A stretch of 64,000 nucleotides of DNA from Thalia democratica (taxonomy: Eukaryota): contig OZ241833.1 in NCBI GenBank assembly GCA_965202585.1, positions 43,772,001 to 43,836,000 on the forward strand. The letters are read 5' to 3'. The translations under genes were made by a program, and so were the position numbers. Positions within the stretch are counted from its first letter, which is position 1; every line of letters starts with the position of its first letter. Below are positions 1 to 13,700 of the stretch, one piece after another. Below the pieces are notes generated by a model, which searched no databases, was not told the origin of the DNA, and saw only the letters and a program-made list of their open reading frames with translations.

Positions 1-2
1 AA

Positions 3-122
3 CTTATGAACTCTAAAGCATTTAGTGTGGCTGAGGATATCGGAAACGACGTCATAGATATAATTAATTTGACTCGTTCTTTTTTTACATGGTATGAAGT
101 AACTTTTGTTGGATATGTTTGA
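3..122 (+). CDS. 3' end of a membrane-anchored family gene (copy A0, C-terminal subtype B), cut by the window edge
   Basis: The frame from nt 3 reads LMNSKAFSVAEDIGNDVIDIINLTRSFFTWYEVTFVGYV* (TGA 120-122). This matches the ends of the ORFs at 31509-32588 and 55616-55834, and the same 3' flank follows. Whether the gene is intact cannot be seen. Confidence 0.75.
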   Translation, partial: LMNSKAFSVAEDIGNDVIDIINLTRSFFTWYEVTFVGYV

Positions 123-3100
123 AAGTACTTTGTGAAATACTTTTGTGAGCTTTATACTATTAATTTATTGAAAACTATTACATTATTTGTAATTTATTTT
201 TTATATGTTTGTGTATAAATTGAATTTGTTGTAACTGTGTTTTTTTTTGAATTTACTATAATAAAGTCTCCGATAACTAAAAAAAAATTCTGCTTGTTTT
301 GTAAAGTAAATAAACTAATTTAAAACAGCCTTATTGTGCTTATATCTCAGTGTTATCGAAAAATATCTGTTACCACAAAGTTTTCTAACTGATAATCGTT
401 AAGTCATTAGAAGAACTCTAGAATATTTAGCATACTCACATTAACATCCATAGTAGTTAAATCAAATAAATATATTTGAACAAGGATATAGCATTTGGTA
501 GTTTTCAAAAATTGACAACGCATTTAAAAACGTTAATTCATAAAATGTATACAATAAAGGTTATCATCTAATAATAAAATAATTTTAAGACCAGGTAGTC
601 ATCTTGTTATAAAACATCAAGTTAAGTTTTGAAGTTCCAACTTGTTATAAAATATTTAAAAACGTTTTAGAAGTTAAAAAAACTTTTTTTACGTCATTCT
701 TAAATATTTTTTTTATATTTTTTTTAAGTAGTTCTGTTTATAAAACAGAAGTCGGCAGCCTTTTACAAGAAAATTTTCAAAAAAATTGCTCGCGAGCAGC
801 ATTGTATAAAAAAAAGTCTTACGCTAGTAGAACTCAAACTTGTTAGATTTACACAAATTCTTTTTTTTTATTTTAAATATTAATGCGGGAGAAACACTTC
901 TTCACTCGAATACTTTGTTGTTTTTTTTATCTGTAATGTATATTGAAGCTATATATATTGATATATTTAAAACCTTATTCCCCACAAACCTAATCCAAAC
1001 AGATTGAAACAATAAAACATAAGGTTTTAATATAAAAATTAAAGAATAAAGTAAAAACTTTTTTTAGATAACTCAGCAAATATGCAAATCAGACTGACTT
1101 TTAAGCTTATCAGCCGCAACGACTACTTTTTTGTTCACAACAAGCCGTAAAAATTTAAAACTAACATTTAGCAAGAAAATTTACCACGTAGCAAAATGAG
1201 TTTACTCTAGTTGCAGTGTAATCTAAAGTTTAAAGTTTCAGTCGGCGGTTTAGATGTGGAAAAAATTAGTCTTTTGCGTGCCTGAGCACTTCAAATACAT
1301 TTAAAGTACAAAAATAACTTGATTTTGCGATTTATTTCGACTAAACTCATGAAATCTTTTCTATGCTACTTAAATTATAAATTTACCCTGAATTGTCTGA
1401 GCCTTTTTTTTAATCTGCATTTTAAATCCACACTACAAGGAGTGAGTTTTAAAATCAGGTTCACCAGGTAAGACTTAGATGCTCTCGGTCTGCACTTTTC
1501 CTTTTGCCGGCTGAGCTCCACAAAAGTTCCGGTCATTTTCAACTCAGGAGCCGGATGGCTCGCAGGCCGTTAGCTGACCGACTTTATTTTAAATAGATAA
1601 TTAATTGATAACACATTAGTAGGGTTTTTCAAAATTACATTGAGTTTAACGCTATTATAGAAGTTTAACTACCAAAGGTATCTTATTAAAGAATTTAAAT
1701 AGTCTTAAATTCGTCAAAACTTATACTTTTAAACTTAGTTATACAGATAATAACCTTTGCATTTACTTAAATGGGTAATTTAGAACATTAAACACATTTT
1801 TTTTGATTCGTCCCATAATAAGAATACAAAAACTATTTTGTGTATGAATTATTACTTTTTAGGAAAACATAAATAATATTCTTTCAATTTATTAGTGTTT
1901 TTCTATCTTCTAAATAATCTGATAGAATTTTTTCAAATATTAACATTTAAATGCTTAAAGTATAGATAGGTTATAACGTCTTTTTTTTTTTTTTGTTTTA
2001 CGATTATACCGACAATTACTACACCTAGGAATATTCGTTTTAGCTTGAGTTTGTTAATTGGATTCTGATGACTTTGATCTAGCCTAGATTGTAGCAAGCT
2101 CTATAATATTTTAACTGTAGTTACATTATAACAAAAACAAATTAAACTATTATATCTTTTATTTATGTATGTTTACAAAGTTTTTGGTATAATTTTTATA
2201 AAAGCAATAAATTTTTAAGTTATTTACTAAATTACTGTTAAAATATGAAATATAGATATCTTGCTAGTTTTTTAATTATTTTCTTTTTATCAAGAAATAG
2301 TACTAGTAAACAGTCTTGATGTATAACTTTTGCTCATTTGTGTTCTATAGGTATGTATGCATTTTAATAAAATGGTACGTTTTTTTTTCCTGAAACAACC
2401 GTTTTACTTTTCTGATGAATGATTAAATTCTCATTCAGTTTTATGATAACAAAATATAATAAAATATATGTTAAAATTATGGTAAATTTAAGCAATAACC
2501 TTAAGCATCGTTACGTCATATAATTAATCAGTTTTAAAAACTACAAGACACGTTGAATTTTCATTAACGGTTAAATAAATTAAAATAAACTTCTGCTTTG
2601 GAGTTGTACAATCACATAAGATTCAGTTTAAATATCTAAAAAAGTTATAAAAATTTAATTTTGAAAAACAAGTGTCTTTCTATGAACTTTACTTTTTGTA
2701 GTTTTAGAATCAAAAAACATTGTTTTTTTTTAATAAATTGTGTTGTAGTATAGAATTTAATTGTGCTTACATTTCAAAATATATTGACCACTTTTTTATA
2801 ATATTTTATTCACATGAACAAGTAAGTTATTTTTTATAACAAGATTAGAGGTTAATAAATAGCAAATTAAAGTATAGGAAAAATCAAAACAAATATTCAG
2901 TCTAAAAAAAAAAAATCACAAACCAAAAATTATTTTGGTCATTATTTTATATGCATTGTAAAAGTTACGTTTATGCTTTCTTTAATATTTAAGCTTGATA
3001 AAAACTAATAATAAACAAATCAAACTTAGGAAAAATTTAACTAGATAAAATAAAGCATTAAATAATAATCTTTCTCTAGGAAAACTTGTTAGGAATGTTA

Positions 3101-3560
3101 AAAAGCTAAGTTATTAGAAAAATTAAGATTGTAAAAACAAAGAAGTGTTGACTACAAGATATCATATTGTATAAATGATTAGTTTAAATAAATCTAGTTT
3201 AATATATGTATATAAAATTATAGAAGTTTTATTAGAAAAAGTTTTATTAGCACAACTGAAAATATTTAAAAATAGTAATTTTTGTATAAGGAAAATTGTT
3301 AGACCAAACGACTTAATAAGAACTAAATAATAAGAAAAAAAACTATATAACTTTCTATAATTTCTACAAAAAAAATAGATTTTACTTTTACCAGGTTACA
3401 AATTTAGAAAAATAATAGTTTATCAACTTATAAAAAAATAGTATCTCTGTAGTGTACTAAGAACGAGCTTTACTAGTTTTAAATATATAATAATTTTATA
3501 AAATTTAATACCTGATTTTGGTCTGGTATGAAAAAGAAACTTTTTAACTACTTATATATA

Positions 3561-5525
3561 CTATATATTAAATACAATTAAATATGCAGGTACCATTCCT
3601 ACTGAAGGTGTTTCAATCTTATTTTCAGGATTACTAAAAGAACCAGAATAAATAGAACAACCTCTACTGTCTGATTTCAATGTATTTTTCTCATAGTCGA
3701 CAGGTTTTTCATGATATCCTCCTCCCGATAAACGTATTCTTTTAACACTTCGATCACGGAACACATTCACTTTTCCCTTGCCCACAACAAAAACAAATGA
3801 CAATTTCTTACCTTCACCGTCAACACTACAGTAGCTGTTACCTTTTGAAAGCTCTGTTGTTAAAACATTAGACGCCTTACAAGAGCAATTGTTAGTGCGT
3901 AAGATGTCTTTTTGACCGAAGCACTCTTTTTTGTACTGTTCTTTATAAGAATTCCAACCATTTGGATAACCAGACTCAAGTGTGTTTATAATTTTGTCAG
4001 ACTTAATTCCGTGAAGGTAGAGGGAAGTATTTTGAACTTTTTTAACCTTGTTTTGACCAACGGGATTAACTCTAAAGATATAGAGAACATTTGGGGTATT
4101 TTCAGACTTTTTATCATTTAATGAACGAAATATAAACTGGTAATCCTTATCTGTAGACTTTAATATTTCAGTCCTGTACATCAGTGAATTATTGTTACTA
4201 ATTTCCAAAAGGCTATCTAAACTAAATGACAACTGTTTAGAAATTGTATTAATTTTATGATCGAATTGAGATTCAATTAGTTCAACTTGTGGTCTTTGGT
4301 TTCTAGCTATTTCCGCTTCAAATTCTAAATAAAACTGTTTAGAAGTGTAACCGTTTTTAGTTGTTAAACTACTTTGATATTTAGAATTCGTAGACAGACT
4401 TAGAGGCTTTATTTTGTTTTTAGTTTGTTCGTAAATAAATGGCCTATGCATTTGTAATTTGTCGTACAGTACAAATTTAACAACTTCTTGCACTTCTTCT
4501 TTAACTTTAACTTCTATCAAATATGCAGGAGTAACTAAATCATGATGCGCTACAGCTATTTTCTGTCTATCAAAACCATACTGAAATGTGCCATTGAGAA
4601 TTTTGTTAGTCTGACTGTCAAAAGTATCTTGAGGAGAATCTTTGAAACTTGTTTGCTTATAATGTGAATGAGCATCGAAAACCTTTAGGGCAGGCTCTTT
4701 ATTTGCATATTCGTTTAAAAGTTTTTCCGATTGTGCAGGTCTGAAACCAAGGAAACTAGGCAATAGCACTTTCCTTCCATTTGTATAAAAAGAAGAAGAT
4801 TTTGGAAGTGCAAATGCAATTTTACTTTTTTTCTTTGCACCTAACTGCTCTACTTTACTAAATTTCGTAGATTTCGTTTTACTCTTGGTACGTTTTATTT
4901 TATTTACAAACAAGTAACTCAGGTTCTTCGGTATACCTTCGTCATTCACAAAACAATTACCATAATTAAAAGCATAATTAAAACAGTCAGTTGTATAGAC
5001 TCCAGGGCCATAGCTACCAGATTTCGACGGTCTGAATCCTTCTTTCAGTATACCTTCAACATTTGGCCCCTTAGTTCCATGAAGTAAGAGCAAACTAGAA
5101 GATTCTGAGCTTTTCGATTCCTCAACGTCTTCATCAGTTGCCTTCACTCTGTAAATATTGTACGTAAGTTTCTTTTTTATTAGTGTGCGCAATCCTTTAT
5201 TAGATATAGTTTCTAAAGAGCTGGTTAACTTAGGATCTGTATCCAGCGAATTTTTTAAAGTCACATAGTCTGGATCATCTTTTTTCATTAGTTCAAGTTT
5301 GTACTTAAAACTTGGAGAGGGAGTTTTGAAGCTTGAAGTATTGTACCGAAACATTTCTTTCACTTCTTTTAACAAACATTCTTTTGTTTCCTTTAATTCA
5401 TTTTCTAAATTTCCGATTTCTTTACAAACCTTGTCTCTTTCTTTATTACAAAGATTGCGAAAAAAGTTCTGAGGACCAGAACAGCTTTTTATTAACTGAT
5501 TTAAGTTTGAACCATTCAAAAACAT
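3561..5525 (-). CDS. PARP-family (ARTD-like) protein with two tandem ADP-ribosyltransferase-like domains, intronless, 654 aa
   Basis: Domain 1 has LLLHGT (H149), GILKEGF, GSYGPGVY (Y177) and the terminal VTPAYLI strand typical of PARP catalytic domains. Domain 2 repeats the layout (IFRV...LYLHGI at H505...LSFVFV...MVPAYLIVF) but lacks the GxGxY motif. Confidence 0.85.
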   Translation of the reverse strand: MFLNGSNLNQLIKSCSGPQNFFRNLCNKERDKVCKEIGNLENELKETKECLLKEVKEMFRYNTSSFKTPSPSFKYKLELMKKDDPDYVTLKNSLDTDPKLTSSLETISNKGLRTLIKKKLTYNIYRVKATDEDVEESKSSESSSLLLLHGTKGPNVEGILKEGFRPSKSGSYGPGVYTTDCFNYAFNYGNCFVNDEGIPKNLSYLFVNKIKRTKSKTKSTKFSKVEQLGAKKKSKIAFALPKSSSFYTNGRKVLLPSFLGFRPAQSEKLLNEYANKEPALKVFDAHSHYKQTSFKDSPQDTFDSQTNKILNGTFQYGFDRQKIAVAHHDLVTPAYLIEVKVKEEVQEVVKFVLYDKLQMHRPFIYEQTKNKIKPLSLSTNSKYQSSLTTKNGYTSKQFYLEFEAEIARNQRPQVELIESQFDHKINTISKQLSFSLDSLLEISNNNSLMYRTEILKSTDKDYQFIFRSLNDKKSENTPNVLYIFRVNPVGQNKVKKVQNTSLYLHGIKSDKIINTLESGYPNGWNSYKEQYKKECFGQKDILRTNNCSCKASNVLTTELSKGNSYCSVDGEGKKLSFVFVVGKGKVNVFRDRSVKRIRLSGGGYHEKPVDYEKNTLKSDSRGCSIYSGSFSNPENKIETPSVGMVPAYLIVFNI

Positions 5526-5547
5526 TTTTTCATTGATAATTAACTTA

Positions 5548-5556
5548 CCTGTAAAA
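5548..5556 (-). promoter_or_regulatory. Candidate 3' splice acceptor 23 nt upstream of the PARP ATG
   Basis: The minus strand reads ...taacttttacAG|gtaagttaattatcaatgaaaaaATG, a pyrimidine tract plus CAG. The same site also matches a donor consensus. Confidence 0.4.
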
Positions 5557-7951
5557 GTTATTGATTGAAATAATATTTAACTGTTTTAAACTTTATTTCT
5601 ATCAAGTCAATAATGTTCAAAATAGTAATATTTTTGTTTAGTTTGTAAAGCATATTTAGAAAACTGTTGTAGCTTGAATTGCAAATTTAGACACCACTCT
5701 ACTTAGTGTTTCGAAAATTCAAGGAAAAAATTAATTACTTTAAGATGATTGTAAAGAAGTTTTGCATTTAAATAAGTCTTGACTTTAATTTTATACATTT
5801 AAAAAATATTATATGTTTTTGAGTTTTTGATTAATTGTAGACAAAATTAAACCAAAACAAAAGATAGAAATAAAGGTTGTTGAAAGTTAAAGTGTATTGT
5901 AAACTAGAAAAATAACAAAACACAAAACTGAAAATTATTTGAATTTAAATTCACAATGTACTAAATATAATTTATCAAATAAGGAAATATTGTACTTGAA
6001 AATATAGTCACTAATTTCCAGTGACTTTTTGACTATAGAATTCTATTTAATTGTCTACTTTTTCTTTGTTTAACTTTTAAACTGTTAAGTTTAGTAAACC
6101 AAAACTTGTTTCTATGGTTTAGCAAAACCTAACATAATTGCCAAATTGATTTTTTTTTTAATATTGTTATACAATATTTTACTTAATATAAGAGCCGAAG
6201 TGTGATAAGATGTTTTCTCTATTTTAAAACGTTTAATATTTTTAATATTAATCCCTAAACTAAAAGAGTAGTATCAAAAGCACATTATAAACGAGTATTT
6301 GGAATAACTAATTTTAAGAAATTTTCATTTCTTGTAGGACTGACATAAACAATAAATTATAAAACATTCGATTTAATTTAAGATTTGTTGTACCAAAATA
6401 CTAGTATAACTTATCTAGGCTATAATTTAAAGGGAAAATTAATAAAGGTGTTTTAAAAAACCTATCGTTAGATTTGTTTTTAAACTTTATAAACGCCTTT
6501 TTTCTTGAGGATATCTCTAATTTTTTATTAAACATTTTAATACAAAATCAAAATTCAAATTTTATAAAATTTCTAAGAAAAATTTGACTGTATAAACGAA
6601 ACATTTTTAACTTAACAGAAATGGACTACACATTTAACTGTAACCGTGGTGTATGACTGGATAACCGAAGGATTTTTTTACACACCAAGTTCATTGAAAT
6701 AAATTTTTTGAGCTCTTTTTTTTTGTGTCCGAAAATCATCTTTTTAACATTGATAGAAAATAACTTTGATCAACGAAGTTTGACTAGTTTATTGTATTTA
6801 TCCTTTACAAAAGCTAAGTTACCAAGTTTTTACTTCACTTTGGTCAGTTGTTTTATAACGTAGAAAACCTTTTTCATATAGTAAAATGATACTTGTATTT
6901 TAAAAATTCACACTAACATACAACAAAAAACAATTCTAGTAATAACTACTTACATTATCAAAATTGCCTGTAAATGGGGTCAAGCAGGCTATTAGTAATT
7001 TAGTGACTAAAAATTAAACCTAAGTTTTATTTGATTTTAAAAAACTGGTATTCTTCTTTTAAAATCGTGTTTAATTTAATTCAACTTAGTTGTATTGAAG
7101 GTTAAGTAAGCTTAAATGTAGAAAACTTTGCAGTTTTTAAGTTTAAAATTAACTCGAAAATTTTAAAACTTATATCAAAATTAAGGCCTGAAGCAACTTT
7201 TAAAAAAATCTTAAAAGTTTTTTTTTCAAAAAATACTCATAAGTATTCTTTCCAATTGGTTTTGTTTTAACTTAACAAAGTAAAAATTCTTTGAATATTT
7301 TTAAACAAAAGTGAATAATATTTTTCTGCTATTCTTACCAAAAGTTCATTGTTTTTTGGAAATATACAGTGTCATTAAGAGTAAAATTTCAAAATACACA
7401 ACTTTAATTTCAACAATATAATTTATAAAGAAAATGATTTTAAAACTTACAATATCTGCAAACTTTCAATAATCTAATAAAGGTGTTTTTTTAAATAGGA
7501 TTGTGATGAGTGCAGTTTTTTCTTTTGAGTTTCAAGAAAATTTGTTCATAAACCAAAAAATATAATATTTAGCTTATGTTATAAGCTTTTATTTTTTATT
7601 GTTATTTTAAAACAAATAAAAAGGGTGGTTATAGAATATTGGCGAGGAATGAGTAATAATGATTTAATATTTACAAAATTTAACACATACTTAATTACTT
7701 TTTATTTTTTATTATAAAATACAAACAAGTAATTTTTGGTAATAGTGTTTAAAAAATGGTAAACAAAGTTATAAGTAAAAAAATTGAAAATTGCTATTAA
7801 ATCAAAGTTTTCTCTCATATTTAGCTACAATAGAAAGTTGATAAAACAATCTGTTACATTATCAAAACTTATGAAAATAATAGACACAAATGATAATTAT
7901 ACTAATATAAATAAACATATACAGTAAAAACAACTGTTAATTATAAAAATT

Positions 7952-8322
7952 CAGGATTGCTAAATGTTTTTGGCTAATTTTTTCCAGGTTTTAAAAACTT
8001 CTATCAGGTTTTTCAAATTACACGTTTTCAGGTATATTTTTAGTTTAAAATTAAGTTTTATGGTAAAAGTTAAACAGTATAACAAAGTTGAAAAGATAAA
8101 GTAATAATTCTTTATATGTGTTTGTTAATATAAAAATTTTTGATGACGAACAACTTTTTTTTATATACACAATATAATTTTGTGTAAAAGCAAGACTTTA
8201 CTACTTAACATGCAAAAGTCGGTTAAAATTTATAGGTTTTTCTAGGTTTTCAGTGATTTTTGTTTAAAGTCCAACTTTTTCAAATTTCAAATTACAGGAT
8301 TTCAGGTTTTTTGGAAACCCTG
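7952..8322. mobile_element. Non-autonomous TIR element of the CAGGGTTGCCA family
   Basis: The ends are caggattgctaa and ttggaaaccctg, with subterminal (tt)ccaggttttt repeats. The flanks aaaatt/caaatt match at 5 of 6 positions. Confidence 0.6.
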
Positions 8323-9268
8323 CAAATTGTACATCTAGTTGACAATTCACAACTGTGGCAATTTCGAAAAATCATAAAGCAGCCATTGTGATTGCCAAAA
8401 TACCTTACACCTTCAGGTGTAATCACTAAGTCATACACTTTATTAAATTATTTTAAATAAAAAATTTTATGTTGAAAAATGTTTTAGATATATCTTATAT
8501 ATCTTTTGTTATATATTATTTTAGATGACGATACTCAATTAATATTGTGTAAGATGGACTAAGAATGATAAATTAGGAAAATGAATAATGCTTAGTGTCA
8601 CTATAAATAGTTTTATTTCTTTTCAGTGACTATATATCAATTCTTAAAAATGTTTCTTGTCCCCTAACAGTAAATTGTTCTTATTTTGTTAATTTTAAAA
8701 CTGTAAAAAATTTTGTAAATTTTGTGGTTGTAATTGCCAACATATCTTAATACTAGGAATGTCAAGTATTTGGTGTTAACCATTTAAGGTGAAAATTATT
8801 AGTTTGACAACCTTAAAATTTCATTTATAGTGTAGTTATAAGCAATTTATAACATGATATTTTTAAAACATTTTTGAATTAGAAATAAGGATATAATGAC
8901 ATGTTAAGTGTAAAATTCACATAGATTTATTTACTTAAAACCTCTTTTTTGAAAAACAATAAGAGTTAAAATTGTTTTGATTTATTGTATTTGAAACAAA
9001 TTAAACTCATTTATAAGGAACTTAAAAATAAAAATATGCCTTAAAATAGTTTTTTTAAAGGTAGTCAACTAAACTAAGCTTTAAGCAAAAGATGATGAAA
9101 AAGTCTGTTGTATAATTTAGACTTGAAAAGTCTATAAACAATAATAAATTTACTTATAAGTTATTTAAATACAAAAAAAAAATTAACAACTGTTCAATCT
9201 GTAAAAGATATTTTATTGGTTTTCTTACACTGGTACTTTAACTATTTTGTCCAACTATTTCTTATAAT

Positions 9269-9668
9269 GGTTACATGACAATTAAAGTTTGACAACTCAA
9301 GTTTCGACAATTCAAATTCTTAAAAATATCTCAATAAGTAAGACTAACTTAAAAAAAATAAAAAAACACAAATGTAGATCTTATTAGTATCTACAAGCAA
9401 CTTTTTTCTTTTTTGCAAAAGCTTGAATATTTTGCAAGATATTTTAAAATTAGTAGTTATGTTTTTAACTTAAATAAAGTCTTATCTCAACAAGTATTAA
9501 ATGTTTTGCAAAAAGAAAAACATGGCTTTTAGATACTAATGTGACCTACATATGTATTTCTATATTTGACAAATATACATTACTTTTTTAAATGTGGCAC
9601 TTTCAACTTTTTTTCAAGAACTTGAGTTGTAGACATTTAAATTGTCGGAGTTTGAATAGTCATGCACC
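9269..9668. mobile_element. Fold-back MITE, probably Mutator-like
   Basis: It has long imperfect terminal inverted repeats (ggttacatgacaattaaagtttgacaac vs reverse complement gggtgcatgactattcaaactccgacaa) and internal inverted arms. The direct repeat cttataat flanks both sides. A related terminus occurs at about 13826. Confidence 0.6.
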
Positions 9669-9790
9669 CTTATAATCAGTTTTTATAAATAAAATGAATG
9701 TAACTTTAATTATTGCTTTTTATATTTAGAGTTAACAGCAGCATAAAAAACACTTAATAATTGTGTTTTATAAATCTACCAACAGTTTTA

Positions 9791-10101
9791 CAGGGTTGCC
9801 AAATGGTTTTAGCAATTTTCTCCAGGTTTATAAAATTTCTTCCAGCTTTTTATAACATTTTTGGGTCTATTGAAAAGATAACGTAAAGCTCCAAAAGTTT
9901 ATTTTCAAAAAAAAAGTGTTTGATAATGACAAATTTTTCTTATCTATATATGACTTTTTGTGTCAACTCAAGATTTTTCTACTTAACCTATGAAATTTGT
10001 TCAAAATTCCAGGTTTTTTATTATTTCTCAAATTCAAGGTTTTTTGGCCTACATTTTAAAGTTCCAGTTTTTGCAGGTTTCCAAATTTTTTGGCAAGCCT
10101 G
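9791..10101. mobile_element. Non-autonomous TIR element of the CAGGGTTGCCA family
   Basis: The ends are cagggttgccaaa and tttggcaagcctg. An exact 6-bp target-site duplication, gtttta, flanks both sides. Confidence 0.8.
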
Positions 10102-10304
10102 GTTTTAAAAATCACAAAATTAAAGGTTGTGGTGATTTTTAACACATTTAAAAAAAGAATTTTAAAACATTTAACCATTGAGTGCAAAAACAATTTTCTG
10201 GAAGCTTCTAGATTTAAGATACTTAAGATTTGGCTTGCTAAAAAACAATTTGGTAAGATTGATTAGATATAATTAAAAAGGAAAATTAGAATATTTACTT
10301 TATA

Positions 10305-10703
10305 CAGGGTTGCCACTCGTTTTTCAAAAATTTTTCCAGGTTTTCCAAATTTCTACTAGGTTTTTAAAAGTACACATTTTTGAGTCCATTTTTAGTTTTT
10401 AGTTAAGTTTAAGTTAAGGTAAGAAACTGTGTTTTAGAGTATAAAATAACTGAAACGATACTGTAAAGCTACTTTATATATGCTGTATATATGTTAATAA
10501 AATTTTTTTTGATGAAGCCAATTTTTTTTTATTTATATGATAGAGTTTTTAGTTCAAACCAAAATGTTACTACTAAACATGTGAAAATAGTTAAAATTCC
10601 AAGTTTTTCTTCAAAATTCCTCAAACTCAATTTTTTCAAGTTTTTTCGCATAAATTGTTAAACTCCAGGTTTTTCCAGGTTTCCAGGTAAACTGGCAACC
10701 CTG
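10305..10703. mobile_element. Non-autonomous TIR element of the CAGGGTTGCCA family
   Basis: The ends are cagggttgccac and ctggcaaccctg, with multiple ttccaggttttt subterminal repeats. The TSD is degenerate. Confidence 0.75.
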
Positions 10704-13700
10704 GTTTAAACCAAATTTTTATTTGTTAATTTGCACTGTTACACTTTAACTGTAATATAACCAAAATCTAATGAAAAAATCTCTTTATTATATAATCAAT
10801 AAATAATTAACAAAATTACTGTGAATAATGTATTTAAGTACAAATACATGAGTACTACTCAATTACTAGTTGTTTCTACAACCTGCACAAATTTTCTTAC
10901 TTTTTCCATATAATGTCACTTTCAACTAGTTTGTCCAATCTTTCTGTAGATTGAGCTTTCATAAACAAATAAGATGGATGTAGTGTTGCTTCATTGCTTC
11001 CATATTCAGAATTCAAAGTTTTTTTTTTTTATATAAAGGAGGGGAAAATTTAAATGTATCTAAAAATTTTTCTCTCATAGCATTATTATTTTAGTATCTG
11101 AATCTAGCTAAAATAAAATATTTTTAATAATATTTCTCATTAACTTTCTACTGATTCCAATTTATTTGTTAAGTTTTTTATGTCAATTTTTCAAAGTTCT
11201 TAGATTTTTTTTTCATAATCTAGATAGTAGTTTAAATTACCAAAAATACATACATAACTTAAAATACTGATTTTTATTATATTGTGATCTTTTAAATTTT
11301 AAACAAAACATGGTTGATCAATATGTTTGTACGGATCTTAAACTGCAGTAGCTGTAATAATTTACGGAAATTTGTTGAAAGATTTATAAAGCAAAAATTT
11401 ACATAATTTGAATTCATTTTTAGAAAAATTTTTTTTTACAATAATTTAATTTATTTTAACAATGTTGAGCAAATGATGTGTATACTTTACATAAGACCTT
11501 TTCCTTCGAAACAGTTTGTCTAAAGATTTTTTATTAGCAAACACTGCATACCAAACAAACTTTTTTTATTTTTTATAAAAAAAATTTATATGTATGTGAT
11601 TTTTTACTATAATGTTAGGTTTTTGCAAGTTTATAACAAGTACTTTTATGTTTTCATATAATTTTTTTGTAAGTATTGTTTATAAAAATAAGAAAATCAT
11701 AAACCATTCTGCATTATATACAGCTCTTTAACTTAATAGTAATTATTATGGTTTTTATTTGATGAATATGTATATCTATTATGAAATAACTGTTGCAAAC
11801 TGCATTGTAAAACTGTTAAAGCTTTAACAAGTGTTAACACTTACAAAACTCCATGTATTTTCACATGTAGTTAGTAAAATATATGTTATTTTGCTTATTT
11901 TGAATCTTTTTTAAACATATTTTGGTTTTTTTGACAAATAAATGCTTAATTTTTTAATTATTATAAAATATCATAAAATATCAATGTAGTCTTACAAAAA
12001 TCAGATATAACAGCTTGTATAAATTTTTTTTTAAAGTAGATTTATATTACTCAATAAAAAGCAATACATTTTTGTATTAATTTTTCAAACATTTATTTCT
12101 ATATAAATTAATTTCAATGGTTTTTCAAAATTATTTGACAGAACTAATAATAAAAATGTTATTGTTATAAAAGCGTCTAGTTTGATTAAAAAAAAAAAAA
12201 GATTAGTTTTTTTCTATGTTGTTCGCTAAAAAAAAATTGAAATACAGTGTATGAAATTATCTTAACAAAATCAGATAAAATCAATACACAAAATTATTCA
12301 ACTACTTTAATCTAAAATGGCGGAAGATAGATTATTTTACAAAAAAACAAATGCAGAGAATTTTTTTAAAGGCTCACAAAGATTCAAAACTCATTTTAAT
12401 GATAACCCCCTTAAAAAGTAATCGCAACAAACATTAGATATCTCGAGTTTACTGTTTGTAAATCATTTACTTTTTTCGGCGGTTTACTAGTTTATTTCTC
12501 TGGTAGTAAAAATTCTTAAAGGGGAAATATTGCTCACTTATTGAAAGCCCTGAGTAACGCAGATATTTGTTCAAAAATTTTTAATTTTTTTCTCAAGGGA
12601 ATAACATCATAAAAGTTAGACCACACAGTTTGTTTGAAACTTATACCTGTCCTTACAGGAATTTCGTAAAACATCCAGAAGCTTTAGCAGTTAAAAAAAG
12701 TTGTTAACTTCAAATCTACCGTTATAATGTTACCAAAAATTTGCTTGTAATATTTTAAGAAACATATTACCTGTAATATTATCTAAAATAATAAACATTT
12801 CACTTAAGTTTTAAAAGTTTAGATTAGTATCTATTCAGAAAAAAAAAATTTAAAAGTTTTTCGAAATAATTTTAACAAAGTTCAGAAGTTAATAAACATT
12901 TTAGTATTTAATGTTGTCTTTAAAAACCATTTCAAAGATAAATATAAATTGTAAATTTTTAAGTTTTGTACAAATTAATTTATACAGTTGAAAATATACA
13001 TACAAAGTTGATAAGAAAGAGTAGGTACACTTTCATTAGAAATGTTTACCTTTCTTATAACTAATAAAATACTTTTTTTATTTTATAAATAGTTAGTTTG
13101 TTAAAAAAAAAGGAAAACAAGGTTTTTAAAAGAATTAATATTTTAAAATAACTAGGTACGGTGAAGTAGACTGAATATGTCAGACTGTTAAAAGTAATAA
13201 AATATTATAATAAATGTTTTTATTTATTTGTTACATGGCGGTTACAATCAAGCTTTGGGCAAATAAAAAATTCACAAACGAAAATAATAAAACTTAACAA
13301 AAATAGTTAATTTGTCGATATTTCGTGTAAACAAAAAAAATATATATAAAAGTAAATGTTTAAGAAATCAAAAAATCTACTCAAGATACGCTTAGTGGAT
13401 TTTGTAATAAGTAAATACTAAGTAAATGAAAACTCTAAATAAAAAAATAATGCACAAATTTTTTACATCAAAATCTAATACGAAAATAATCTAAAGCCTT
13501 TTAAATTTATGTGATAAGCTAATTTGTTTTAAGTTAAGAAAATTTGTTATTGAAACTTAAAAACTTATTATCAAAAGTTCAATTATAGTTATTATTTTCT
13601 AGCTTTCTTTTTACTTTTCACCAAACTATTTTTATGTTCTTTAGACTTTCTAATTTCTTTCAACAAACTCTTCCTTGCATTTGATAATTTCCATTCAGGT

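Noticed and set aside
748-1585. Possible decayed hAT MITE (gtcggcagcctttt ... ggagccggatggctcgcaggccg...gaccgac)
   Set aside because: It resembles Charlie-type MITE ends, but the termini and TSD are too degenerate to define.
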